A stretch of 64,000 bases of DNA from an uncultured Chthonomonadaceae bacterium (GTDB taxonomy: Bacteria > Armatimonadota > Chthonomonadetes > Chthonomonadales > Chthonomonadaceae), in assembly GCA_963835065.1 (NCBI GenBank), contig CAWIEK010000016.1, positions 120,329 through 184,328 of the forward strand. Direction: 5' to 3'. Below, piece by piece: positions 53,879 through 64,000 of the stretch. The position numbers and the translations under genes were made by a program. Numbering within the stretch: the stretch's first letter is position 1; every line of letters starts with the position of its first letter. The notes below the pieces were generated by a model that worked only from the letters and a program-made list of their open reading frames with translations, ran no database searches and had not been told where the DNA came from.

Positions 53879-55189
53879 CTATTCCTCTTTTCCTCCTGCC
53901 TGTTCCAGCAGGGTTGCTATCGCCGTCCGCCCGCGCTTGCGCGCAAAATATAAAGGGCTGTGCTGCTGCGGTTGGTGCAGATTGGGGTTCGCGCCGTGTG
54001 CGAGCAATTGCTGCACAACCGCTGTGTTGCCCGCCACAACCGCTTTCTTAAGGGGAGTGTCGCCCAAAGGAGTCATGCCGTTCGGATCGGCGTGTTTTGC
54101 CAGCAGCAGAGTCACCATATCCGGGCAATGGTCTATAGCTTCCAGCAGCGGCGTTCGCCCTGTATTTTCCCGGACGCCGACATCGGTATCCCCGGCATTG
54201 ACATTCGCGCCCTGCGCAATCCAATACTGCGCGGCCTGAACCTGGCTTTTGGCAAGCGCGGCAAGCAACGGCGTTTGCCCCTCCTCGTTCCGCGCCTCCT
54301 TTTCAGCGGCGTCGGGGGTTGCCGTAATCCCCAACGGACGCAGTGAAGCCAACAACGCCGCGTCGCCCCGGCAGTGAACCTGGCCGAGCGCCGTCAGCCA
54401 GGCGAGCAGACTGCATTGCGGGATGCGCGCCATACTGAAGCAGCAGACGTATCGCGTCAAAACGTTTCTGCTCCACTGCGTAAATAAGCGCGTTGTTCTT
54501 CGCCTCCTGCTCCGCTCCATGTTCCAAAAGAAAGCGCAAAACCTCAGGGGAATTGTGGCTTACCGCAGCCGCCAGAGGGCCGTATCTTACCGGCTCGGCG
54601 GTGATGCGAGCGCCATGCGCCAGCAGCAGCGTCAGCATGGGAATGTCGCCATTGGAAGCAGCCATCCAAAGGGGGACAACATCCACACGGGAGCCAACCC
54701 CGGACGTGAATGTTCATTTGAAATGGGATATTGGTATCCGCGCCGTGTTCCAGCAGCAGGCGGGCGAGGGCAAGGTGGCGGCTCTGTACGCAACTGGACA
54801 GGGCTGTGTCGCCGTTGCCCGATTGCGCGTTCACGTCCACGCCTTTTTCCAGCAGCAGAGGAACTATTTCGGGGCATTGCGCAACTGCAGTTCAGAAGAA
54901 CCGGCTGACCGTCAGAGTGCGGAGGAAGGATGCCGCGCTGCAGCAGGGTACGCGCTACTATCGTCTCGTTGTGTTGTAGAGCCTGGTCCCACAACTCCGT
55001 CAGACGCGCAGGATTGTCCGCGAACACGCCCCGCGCCAGCAGAGACACCGCCGCCTCTTGATCTTTTCCATAGATGGCGTTGAGCAGAGATGCCTCCTGG
55101 GAGCGGCGATACACATTGCGCCCGATTACAAACAGCGTCACAAGCACAAACAGCGCGAAACCAAGCCGACTGGAACAATTCTTGGGCAT
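53879..55189 (-). CDS. Ankyrin-repeat protein with N-terminal TM, multiply frameshifted
   Basis: GDTAL, LLEHGAD, GQTPL, GRTPL, GDTPL in successive frames. Confidence 0.8.
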
Positions 55190-55523
55190 CGGAACATCCT
55201 CAAGGGGGGAGGGTTGCATTTGCAGCGGGAGCGCCAAAGGTGGGGAACCTTCACACTATATTATGCCTCATTTCTTTCCGAATTCCCGCCGCCGTTCCAT
55301 TCTTTCCAGAGCCGGCGCCTCTAAAATGCTCAACACGTATCCCGTCGTAGTTCATTCGCCCCTAAGTAGCCCGTTGGTGTAAGTTCGTAGGTTTTCGAGA
55401 TTGAACTTATACGAAGTTTGGCCTTCGGTTTACTTAGTCTGCGCCTGCTCCCTCCTCCAGGTTGCCTAATCCAAAAAGAACACAAAAAAAGTAGAAAAAT
55501 ATCGGGTTAAACAGCAGAAATAA

Positions 55524-55551
55524 CGAACCTTCTCTGCATCCATCTCGTCTA
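55524..55551 (+). promoter_or_regulatory. ECF-sigma-type promoter
   Basis: CGAACC-N16-CGTCTA. Confidence 0.6.
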
Positions 55552-55553
55552 AA

Positions 55554-55823
55554 GTACATACCAGTCTACTAATGATCTGCGAACTAGCCAGGTGGCGGGA
55601 CGTTGAACGATCATAGTTCCTATCAACTATCAACTAAATCAAAAACCTATCAACTAACCCAGAAGGGAGGCGCTGGAAGATGCCTGTATTTTCCTCCCGT
55701 TCGCCCTGACGCTGCTGAGGTCACGACGCCTCTAACTCTACAACTTGACACAACGAGACATCGGGCTGGAAGCGCTGCATTGCCAAGATTTCGACGATCT
55801 CTCTACATACTCTTTTTCTTTTT
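55554..55823 (+). ncRNA. Candidate sRNA/leader RNA copy 2
   Basis: See copy 1. Confidence 0.55.
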
Positions 55824-56065
55824 CCGTCTACAAGCCCCCGCCCTGCCATTTTTTCTGAGTTCCGAAACCATCCCACCGCATCAGGCGGACTTGAAACACG
55901 CCTTCCTGCAGCTCAAAGCAATCCTTCCATCCTGTAATACAGCACATTGAAGGTCAAATGCCCTTTTCATAGCAGGGTGTATCGCATTGCACAGTCGCGC
56001 TGTTTCCTAATTCACAGGTGCGCCTCCTTCTTTCGGAGTAGACTTATACCCGAAGGAGGCACTCT

Positions 56066-56302
56066 ATGGACCCGGTTTTTCGACGCTCGAACCATGAACA
56101 CTGGCGCTTTCGCGTACTCTCATGGCAGTGGCATTTCCACGAGATGTGGCAGTCGCTCCGATGGACGCTTTTGCTGCTGCTGCTCGCTTTTGTGGCCGCG
56201 CTCGTCAGCGCCCGCTATTGGCAGCCGCAGCCCAGCAACGAGTTTCGCAGTGGGTGGCGCGCGGCGGTTGTTTTTTCCGTCTATAGCGCCCCTTCTCTTT
56301 GA
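56066..56302 (+). CDS. Small single-TM protein
   Basis: AAGGAGG RBS; hydrophobic helix. Confidence 0.55.
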   Translation: MDPVFRRSNHEHWRFRVLSWQWHFHEMWQSLRWTLLLLLLAFVAALVSARYWQPQPSNEFRSGWRAAVVFSVYSAPSL

Positions 56303-56363
56303 CAGTTTGATGTATTTGATGTTTCAGAAGGTTCGCGGATGCGGACTTGAACACCCGCGCGAG

Positions 56364-57572
56364 TTATTTTTGCACAGCGACAAAGAAGGGTTCGCGGACA
56401 CCTTTCAAGCGCGCGTAATGGGCCAGTTTTTCGAGAATGGCTTCCGTAATGGGACTGCCGGCGTTGAGCAGGCGCGCGCCGTCCGTGGTTTCCAAATCGG
56501 AAATAAGTACGTCGCCTACCACCAATTGCACAAAATGGATGGCTTCTTTGGTTGCGCCCGGAGCGGCGCTGCCGCGCCCCGTTTTGCCCGCCTGTGCCTG
56601 TGTGGGCTGTTTCGGCTTCGGCGCGGGCAAGGCCGGCTGATACGTCGCATTCAGCGTTTCCAAAATGGCCGGGTCGTAACAGCCGTGCCGACTGCACATC
56701 AGGCGAAAAGCGACGGAGCGGGGCGTATCTTCCGCTTCCAAGTCCAGCATGTCGGCCAGCACTTTCAGGATGCGCGCGCCGAAGGGAATGGCTTCTCCTC
56801 TGACAGTATCGGGGGGCAAGCCGGTTCCATTGTAGTTTTTGTGCTGGTAACGGATGATCTGCGCGACGGTTTCCAGGCGCGGAATTTTGATCAGCAGATT
56901 GCAGCCGCTTTCCGGGGCGCGCTCCACAATCTCCCGCTCCTCCGGCGTCAGCGGTATATGGGCGCGTTCCTTGAGCAGAATTTCCGCAGGCAGGGTCAGA
57001 CTGCCGATTTGCGACAATAGGGCGGCCACTTCCAGTTCCCACCGGTTCCGATAGTCCAATGCCGCCGCCGTTTCCCGAACGCAGTCGCGCAGCCTTTTAC
57101 CCCGCGCAAACATCTGCGGATCGGAAATGGAAAGCACGTCCACCAGAATCCCGATACTGCCAATCAAGGTTTTTTCCAGCAATTCCTTTTCGGCCATGAC
57201 CAGCTTGTACTGCGCCAGCCCCGCCTCCAGCGCCGAGGCCAGCGCTTCGGGCGTACAGGGTTTGTTCAAAAACCGGAAGATGCGGCCTTCGTTGAGCGCG
57301 GTGCTTGCGGTTTGCTGATCGGCGTTGCCCGTGAGCATCATGCGGACGGTATGGGGCGCGAATTCCGCCGCGCGGCTTAAAAATTCGATGCCGTTCATGC
57401 CGGGCATCTGCATATCCGACACGATTACGGCATAGGAACCGTTCGCGTGAATTTTTGCCAGCGCTTCCACTCCGCTTTCCGCCGTATCCACCGTAAACTG
57501 CCTGCGCAGTTGACGCTGGTAGCCTGCCAGAATGTTCGGCTCATCGTCCACGAAAAGGACGCTTGTACTCAT
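56364..57572 (-). CDS. Response regulator with HD-GYP-like output domain (degenerate motifs)
   Basis: LFVDDE, SDMQMP, KP; LLSQIG replaces HDIG, YQH...GTGLP. Confidence 0.85.
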   Translation of the reverse strand: MSTSVLFVDDEPNILAGYQRQLRRQFTVDTAESGVEALAKIHANGSYAVIVSDMQMPGMNGIEFLSRAAEFAPHTVRMMLTGNADQQTASTALNEGRIFRFLNKPCTPEALASALEAGLAQYKLVMAEKELLEKTLIGSIGILVDVLSISDPQMFARGKRLRDCVRETAAALDYRNRWELEVAALLSQIGSLTLPAEILLKERAHIPLTPEEREIVERAPESGCNLLIKIPRLETVAQIIRYQHKNYNGTGLPPDTVRGEAIPFGARILKVLADMLDLEAEDTPRSVAFRLMCSRHGCYDPAILETLNATYQPALPAPKPKQPTQAQAGKTGRGSAAPGATKEAIHFVQLVVGDVLISDLETTDGARLLNAGSPITEAILEKLAHYARLKGVREPFFVAVQK

Positions 57573-58798
57573 GCCTTTTCCTCCTCGATTCGCATTTGCT
57601 GATGTATTTCCTGCCACTTCGTTACGCGCTCGGCCAGCCCCAATCCGGCCAGGTAATCGTCCTCAATGGGTATCGCCACGCCGATCACATCACCGGGATG
57701 GGCGGCGTTTTCCAGGCAGTTCGCCACATACACCGCTGTCAGCGGACTAAATTCCCCTGTCCGGCAATCCGCGGGGCGATGATGAAAGGCCAGCGCTTCG
57801 ACAATCGCGGGCGGCAGTCCCCACAATCCCATCAGGTAAGCGCCGACCTGCGCGTGGGTGGCGTTGAGAGTCACCATTTCGGCCTCGATCAACGGCAGGT
57901 TTTCCCGTTGCGCCAATTCCAGCGTAGTGGCGTATAGGGAGGGCAGATTGGTCGCCAGCGCCAGCCTGCCACAGTCATGCAGTAGGCCGGCGGTATAGGC
58001 GTCTTCGCATAAACGCCGGTCACTATTTTCGGATTGGGCGATTCGTTTCGCCAGTTCCCCCACGCGCAGACTATGCTTCCAGAGCGATTCCGCCGACAGC
58101 ATGGGCAGCAGCGCCACATCAAACTGCGCGAAGGCGTGACACGAGAGAACCAGCGCGCGCGCCGTTTCCAGGCCGAGCAGCGTGACGGCTTCAATAGCGC
58201 TGGTCACGCTGCGTGGCAGGCCGAAAAAGGCCGAATTGACTAATTGCAGCATTTTGGCGGTCATGCCCATATCTCTGGCAATCACGCTGCCGATAGATTG
58301 AACCGTCGCGTCCGGCATTTGCGCGGCCTCCATCATCTCGGCGTAAAGCGCCGGCAGGCAGGGCAGCATCTCCATTTCCGTCACCATGCGCTGCAAGGTC
58401 GGACTGGTCAGCAACTCGTGCAGGGCGCAGGCTTTGGCGACCGTCGCTTTCAGATGATGGATGTCACAGGGTTTGGCAAGAAAATGGTGCGTCGGGCCAA
58501 CCGCCTGCAAAATGGCCTCCTGATCGGAGTGGCCGGACAGCATGATCCGTATCATGAGCGGATACCGTTTCAGCGCCTGGGTCAGCAGTTGCGCGCCGCT
58601 CATACAGGGCATTCGCATATCCGTCACGATCACGTCGAAAGGCGCGCTTTCCAGGGCTTGCAGGGCTTCCGCGCCGCTGTTCACGAACTGCATCTGCCAT
58701 TCGTGACGCATGGAGCGCAGGGTACGCTCCAACCCCGCCGTCACCTGCGGTTCATCATCCACAAACAGGATTCGCTGTTTCAAGCCGCTTTCCGGCAT
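57569..58798 (-). CDS. Response regulator with HDOD domain
   Basis: LFVDDE, TDMRMP; LQLVNSAFFG, GLLHDCG. Confidence 0.9.
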   Translation of the reverse strand: MPESGLKQRILFVDDEPQVTAGLERTLRSMRHEWQMQFVNSGAEALQALESAPFDVIVTDMRMPCMSGAQLLTQALKRYPLMIRIMLSGHSDQEAILQAVGPTHHFLAKPCDIHHLKATVAKACALHELLTSPTLQRMVTEMEMLPCLPALYAEMMEAAQMPDATVQSIGSVIARDMGMTAKMLQLVNSAFFGLPRSVTSAIEAVTLLGLETARALVLSCHAFAQFDVALLPMLSAESLWKHSLRVGELAKRIAQSENSDRRLCEDAYTAGLLHDCGRLALATNLPSLYATTLELAQRENLPLIEAEMVTLNATHAQVGAYLMGLWGLPPAIVEALAFHHRPADCRTGEFSPLTAVYVANCLENAAHPGDVIGVAIPIEDDYLAGLGLAERVTKWQEIHQQMRIEEEKA

Positions 58799-60141
58799 AC
58801 GGTCTCCTTGCTTTGCAGTGGCAGGCGCAGGAGAAATGTCGTGCCTTTGCCCACCTGGGTATCGAATGAAATCTGCCCGCCGTGTTTTTCCACAATGATC
58901 GAGTGCGCCAGGGAAAGCCCCTGCCCGGTTCCCCTGCCCACTTCTTTGGTCGTATAGAACGGATCGAAGATGCGTGAGCGGGCGGCTTCCGGGATACCGG
59001 TTCCCGTGTCCGTGATACGAATTTCCGCCCAATCGCCTATCCGGCAGGTGCTGAGGGTAATCAGACCCTTTTCGCCGCTGTCTTTCACCACATCGGCAAT
59101 CGCGTGGGCGGCATTGATCACCAGGTTGAGGATCACCTGACTCAAATCTCCGGGCAGGCAGGGAACCGGGGGTAAATCGGCGTCGAATTCGGTGACAACA
59201 TCGGCGGTATACTTCCACTCGTTGCGGGCGACGGTGAGCGTACTGTCAATCGCGCGATTAATGTCCAGGGGCGTTTTCTCAATTGTTCCCGGATGCGAAA
59301 ACTGCTTCATCGCCTGCACGATATGGGACACGCGGGACACGCCATCCAGCGACTGCGCAAGGGCTTTGGGCATTTCTTCGAGCAGATAATCCAGATCGGC
59401 TTCCTCCACGGCGGCTTCCACTTTCGCCGCCACTTCGCTAGGCGTCGCGCCCAAACCATTTCCAAGAAGCATCTGCCGCAAAGCCGCCTGCAGGTCGCGC
59501 AATGCGGCAAACCCCTCTTCCAGAAAGCGCACGTTGTCGCCGATGTACTGAATGGGCGTATTGATTTCGTGGGCGATTCCTGCCGCAAGCTGCCCGATGC
59601 TTTCCATCTTCTGCGCGTGAACCAGTTGCCTTTCCAGCAGTTTGCGCTCCGTAACATCCGCTCCCAACAGCAAAAAGCCCAGAAACTCTTCCTCTGCTCC
59701 TGTGAGCGGCGTCAGCGTCAGGCCGAGAAATCCTTCCGAACCATCCGGGCGCGTGAACGGCACATCGTCTAACCGCACCGGCAGCAGGCTGGACCGGCAC
59801 TCCTGTAAACCCGCCACGATGCGTTCCCAACGCCAGGAAGTTGGCAACTGTTCCAATCGCTGCCCGACAACCTGTGCAGTGGACAGGCCGGAAATGGTTT
59901 CGGCAGCCGGGTTCCACTGCGTAATGATGTGCGTGTCGCTGACGCAAATGAGAATGGAAGGCAGGGCGGCCAGCAGCGCGCTTTTGGCCTGGCTTTCCAA
60001 TTTCGCCGCCGCCATCAGTTCATTGGCGCGTTCAATCGCTTCCTGAAGGTCACGGTGATAAGCGTTCGGAATCCCGGCGGCAGCCGATTCCGAAGCGGCC
60101 TCAGCCCAGGACCCGGCTTCTTGTGTAACTACGTTTTCCAC
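58780..60141 (-). CDS. PAS-domain sensor histidine kinase
   Basis: AHEINTP, NLVINA, DTGTGI, FYTTK, GTGQGL; GGAGG RBS before GTG. Confidence 0.92.
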   Translation of the reverse strand: MENVVTQEAGSWAEAASESAAAGIPNAYHRDLQEAIERANELMAAAKLESQAKSALLAALPSILICVSDTHIITQWNPAAETISGLSTAQVVGQRLEQLPTSWRWERIVAGLQECRSSLLPVRLDDVPFTRPDGSEGFLGLTLTPLTGAEEEFLGFLLLGADVTERKLLERQLVHAQKMESIGQLAAGIAHEINTPIQYIGDNVRFLEEGFAALRDLQAALRQMLLGNGLGATPSEVAAKVEAAVEEADLDYLLEEMPKALAQSLDGVSRVSHIVQAMKQFSHPGTIEKTPLDINRAIDSTLTVARNEWKYTADVVTEFDADLPPVPCLPGDLSQVILNLVINAAHAIADVVKDSGEKGLITLSTCRIGDWAEIRITDTGTGIPEAARSRIFDPFYTTKEVGRGTGQGLSLAHSIIVEKHGGQISFDTQVGKGTTFLLRLPLQSKETVCRKAA

Positions 60142-60245
60142 GAATCGCCTCCATTGGCAGAAAAGAACAATAACAGCATTTACCGCGCCGTAAGAAAACA
60201 CCCAACCACCCGAACACCGAACACCGAATACCGAATACCGAACAC

Positions 60246-60818
60246 CTATAACGCGCATCCAAAAACCGGCGCATGGGACAGCGGGGCGCGTTCCGAGGTG
60301 AGCAGGGACAGGCAGGCGGCGCGTCCGGCATTGTCGCCCTCATGGCCGCGCCGGCCCGTAATGCCGCCCTGAAACAGCAGTTTTCCCGACGCATTATAAA
60401 GCAGCGTTTCGCCGGACGTATGCGCGTGGAAACGCTCCGCTTCGTGTCCGTCCACATCTCGGAGCGGCGTAACGCCCGGTATACAAGCGGCGCGATTCCA
60501 CAGATCGGTTTGCGTCCATTCCTGCCCCTCAGATTGCGGCGCAACAAACAGGACAAACGCGCGTACCCGAACTGGACACTGCGCCATCAGCCGCGCCAGT
60601 TCCGCAAGGCTGGCGCGGGTACACGGGCAGCGCGGATGCGCCAGCATCACCAGCGTGGCAAAGTGTTCTGTGCGCGGTATTCGGCTATCCACAGGCCAAT
60701 TGGCGGCAGGCGCGGCAGCCACGCCCGGCGTATTTTCATAGCGTTCCAGGCAGGACATTCCCAACACCAGCGCAAGCAGCCAGAGGATCAATAGGATCGG
60801 AAAATAAATACGGGACAT
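60246..60818 (-). CDS. RedB-like thioredoxin-fold membrane-anchored protein
   Basis: HPRCPCTRASL, GGITGRRGHEGDN, PVFGC. Confidence 0.7.
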   Translation of the reverse strand: MSRIYFPILLILWLLALVLGMSCLERYENTPGVAAAPAANWPVDSRIPRTEHFATLVMLAHPRCPCTRASLAELARLMAQCPVRVRAFVLFVAPQSEGQEWTQTDLWNRAACIPGVTPLRDVDGHEAERFHAHTSGETLLYNASGKLLFQGGITGRRGHEGDNAGRAACLSLLTSERAPLSHAPVFGCAL

Positions 60819-60959
60819 AACAGCGTGTACCTGAATCGGCGAGCGGCAACAGACGACGACAGAGCGTATCTTCCTGGCGCTATTTAGAAATTTAACGATT
60901 GGTTTATTATGGATGAAGAAGCGGGTTTCATTAGCAGGCAGGGAAAATATCAAACGCAA

Positions 60960-60994
60960 TCAGGCCGGAGTACGCTGAAGGTACTCCGGCCTGA
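60960..60994 (-). terminator. 14-bp hairpin after TPR-like gene
   Basis: TCAGGCCGGAGTAC-N7-GTACTCCGGCCTGA. Confidence 0.55.
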
Positions 60995-61049
60995 ACAGGA
61001 ACACGCCAAACAACATGCAGAGACTTTCTTCCATGCGGCAACAGGATGT

Positions 61050-61994
61050 TTACTGCTTCGGCGGCGTTTGCGAGTTGGCGGCTTGCGCTTTCTGTCGCCG
61101 CTCCCAGGCGCGTTGGTTGTCGCGCTCCGTTTTCTCCCGCAGGTCCATGCGGGCAACGGTGGCATTGATTTCCGCCTGCGCCTCACGCGGAGAAGTCTGC
61201 GCCAGGCGGCTGAAGACAGCGCGGGCTTCCGCATAGCGTTTCATTTCCATCAGCAGCCGGCCCTGAATAAACTGCGCCTCCTGCGAACGCGGATTGATCT
61301 TGAGCGCCTGCTGCACGTGATCAAGCTGATACGGCAGCAGGGTGTCTTCCAGTTTTTCCAGCGTGAGGAAGCTCGTGGAGCGCGTTCCCAAAATCAGGTG
61401 CGCCTGTGCGCGCAAGCCGGGCACATCCTCGGCTTCGGGGCTGAAGTGCGCAATGGCAAGCGTATGTTCCTGATCGCCCGCGCCGATGCCGTAGCCTTTC
61501 ATGTGCCACTTCAGCAAGCCTTCATTCTGCGTATGCAGGCTGACGCTTTGCTCATACAGCGCGGCGGCTTCCGGCCATTGCTTCGTGTCTAAAAGCGCCA
61601 GCACGTACTTCATCCGCGTCGTAATATCCTGCCCATCGCTGTAGCTTATGTTATTCGGCGGGTAGACGATAGGCCGCAGCACTTCCAGCACGTCTTTAGG
61701 ACGGTTCCATCGAATGTAGATGTCGGCCAGGTATATTCTCGCGCCGGAGTCGTCGTCTGCTTGCAGGGACTGCAGCAGCAGAGGAACCGCTGCTGTAAGA
61801 TTGCCTTTGGAGAGCATCTCTTCCGCTTGTCTTCGGAAGGCATCTCCCTGCTTACTTCGCGCTTTTTCAGCCGCGCGCGCGGCAGTCGGGCGTCTCCTTG
61901 ACAAGCGGGCGCAGGCCCGGAATTCATCTGCGCCTGCGCCTGCGGGCGGCGCAATACAAAGTACCGCAGCAGACAGCCAAAACACTCGTTTCAT
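61050..61994 (-). CDS. Secreted TPR-like protein
   Basis: Signal peptide, helical repeats (ALKINPRS..A...G), AGGAG RBS. Confidence 0.75.
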   Translation of the reverse strand: MKRVFWLSAAVLCIAPPAGAGADEFRACARLSRRRPTAARAAEKARSKQGDAFRRQAEEMLSKGNLTAAVPLLLQSLQADDDSGARIYLADIYIRWNRPKDVLEVLRPIVYPPNNISYSDGQDITTRMKYVLALLDTKQWPEAAALYEQSVSLHTQNEGLLKWHMKGYGIGAGDQEHTLAIAHFSPEAEDVPGLRAQAHLILGTRSTSFLTLEKLEDTLLPYQLDHVQQALKINPRSQEAQFIQGRLLMEMKRYAEARAVFSRLAQTSPREAQAEINATVARMDLREKTERDNQRAWERRQKAQAANSQTPPKQ

Positions 61995-62253
61995 CTATTT
62001 TCTTTCTCCTGCCTAGAAGTTGACCAGCATAAACACCATGCTGTTGTGCGTGACCAAATTTTTCCTAATCCGGTTACGCAGGGCTACGTCCGATTGTCCT
62101 GCGGACGCAAGATTGTGCCGTGTTTAAGTGTTTTGTCAATCAGTTTGCTTAAAAGGTAATGACCCGTACCCAGGAGGGAAGCGATTTTTGATGTCGGCGT
62201 TACGTTGACCTTTCCGCTGGCTATCCACGTTTGGTTGAAGGCGAAGAACTTGG

Positions 62254-63857
62254 CTAAACCGTGCCATCACCGGTCAGGAGGCTCCAATTTCCGGTGTTTA
62301 AGTTTACAATTGCGCTGACTTTGAAGTTCCAGTCTACTTCATGCAATGGAACCCACGTAGTGCTGGTAGCGCCGTCTAGATCAGGCGGGCGATACAGCAT
62401 GAAGGTTTGGAAGGATGCAGACATATCCGCTATCACTTTGCCTTGCAGGTAGATGCCAGGTGAATCTCCGGTTATACCTAGCGAGTTATCGGTGGCAAAC
62501 GTGATACCACCGTAGGCAAATTGATCATCAAGACCCGTCAAGCCATTGATGGGAGATTCATGGTCTTGCCCATTCGTATCGGTGTAGGAAGCCGTTGACG
62601 TGACAATCTGAGCGAACCCCCAACTTCCGCGTTCTTCCCCGGTTGTGAAATCTGGCTTGGCGTCATCCACTGCTCCCGCGTCCTGTCAATTCCATTGCCC
62701 AGAAAAAGCCCCATCTGGTCAATCGGCCAAATGTTATATGATTTTCCTGGTGTAGATGTCAGTTTATGGTCGGGTTCGTAGACTGTAATAGTTTTCGAGG
62801 GGGATACCTGATGTTGCCCGCCTTGAGGATCGGTAATGGTGGCGGAGCAGGAAATGACAGATGCCACAGAGCCATGCGCCCCACCGAGTGAGCGGTAGTA
62901 CCAGGAGAGCATTGCCTGCTGTTTCATGGCAGCCGTGAGTTCAAGGGCGTGGCCCGTCGTAGCCGTCACCTGGAATCCGGCAAACGGGTCTGCGCCGGCA
63001 ATGCTCCACTGCCAGTTGGATTGTGGATACCGGCCCGTGTCCAAGCCGGCAGTAAGATGCTGACCAATCAGGACACCAAGACTGGAGCCGATCTGCGTTG
63101 TGCCGCTTATTGCAATTACGACAGGCGTGGCGTCGGCGCGATAATAAACCGTAGCGCCGCCGGTTCCTCCTGTAGCCGGCGTATAGGAACCTGATCCAGA
63201 ACCGGAATAGCCGCCACTGTTTCCTCCTGAGGAGGAGCCAGATGAGCCACTGGACCCCGTCCAGGAAACATCGGCTGAAGGGCTGCACGTCACATCGAAC
63301 GTATCACCGGGATGGTCTTTGACCCAGTAGTGGAAGCCATAACAGGAGCCATTCTGATAAATGGTGCGGCCATCCGGGGAAGCGCTGCTGCTGTTTGTGG
63401 CGGCGGAGCCGAGGCCGTTGTCGCAGTCACCGCTGATTGTTACGCCGGCATCTGCCGAGCAGTTGTAACCGGCGCCCGATTCTTCCGCGATGATGGCCTG
63501 CGGGGGCGCCGGTTCACCCGCATAGTCCGGCATCCATGTGAAAGTGGCGGTAATCGGGCCGCTGCAGCTAATGTCTCCCCACTGCTGCCAGGGCAGATAA
63601 TTGTAGCCTCCGTAGTACCCGGCATAATTGGTGAAGTAGGGACCGGAGGAGTTCTGCCCATTCGAGGACAGTGTGAGAATGTTGCCGCCGGAATACGTCA
63701 CAGCATAGTGCCCGGCGCGAGCGGATTGGACGGCAAGAAGCGTCAGGACGCCACACAGCAGGGCGCAAACACGCGACAAGCGCGGGGGGGCGAAACAGAT
63801 GAGAATCGAGAACGCAGCCTTTTCATTCGGGAATAACCTACTTTGCTCACAATACAA
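62254..63857 (-). CDS. Secreted Gly/Ser/Thr-rich hypothetical protein, frameshifted near 62670
   Basis: Signal-peptide-like segment; two abutting minus-strand ORFs with beta-rich composition. Confidence 0.65.
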
Positions 63858-64000
63858 ACCGATTTAACAGCAAACAAGTGGTTTGTCGGCAGTTTGGGCG
63901 GCAAGGCCGAAACAGGAAGGAACAGGGTTATTACACGAACAAGGCTCATCAGGAAGCATTGCTGTATTTATGATAGACAAATTTCGTTTCTTTGTCAATT

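Noticed and set aside
58799..59218. N-terminal extension of the HDOD regulator in the ORF track
   Set aside because: Overlaps the kinase in another frame; AAGGAG RBS supports start at 58798.
1265..60248. Repeat arrays as CRISPR
   Set aside because: Units are 7-10 nt, contiguous, with no unique spacers and no cas genes.
10217..63857. Many frameshifted genes as programmed recoding or mass pseudogenisation
   Set aside because: Breaks are small indels, often in short homopolymers, scattered through otherwise intact genes including lysC; assembly error is the simplest explanation.

Overview
GC-rich bacterial chromosomal window. Gene content (prepilin/DUF1559 H-X9-DG proteins, many secreted glycoside hydrolases, ECF/FecR pair) suggests Armatimonadota or a similar lineage; this is inference. 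About 45 CDS are supportable; no rRNA, tRNA or CRISPR was seen. Many genes (alpha-2-macroglobulin, GH2-like, lysC, gcvP, ankyrin, DUF4291) are broken by small frameshifts, most simply assembly indels. Main points: (1) about 25 loci of short (7-10 nt) tandem repeats from many unit families, with G/purine-rich arms 5' and C/pyrimidine-rich arms 3' at every two-armed locus, inserted between genes and translated inside proteins; (2) a caspase / TIR-NB-ARC-TPR / SLOG / SLATT candidate immune locus; (3) a twice-present ~270-300 nt element with ECF-type promoter, sequesterable RBS, 8-9 codon ORF and conserved RNA-like core; (4) a 1068-bp transposase-less element with 28-bp TIRs and a 5-bp TSD carrying DUF4291; (5) a toxin-antitoxin cassette bounded by a duplicated promoter-RBS. 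All family assignments come from motif recognition by eye, not database searches.
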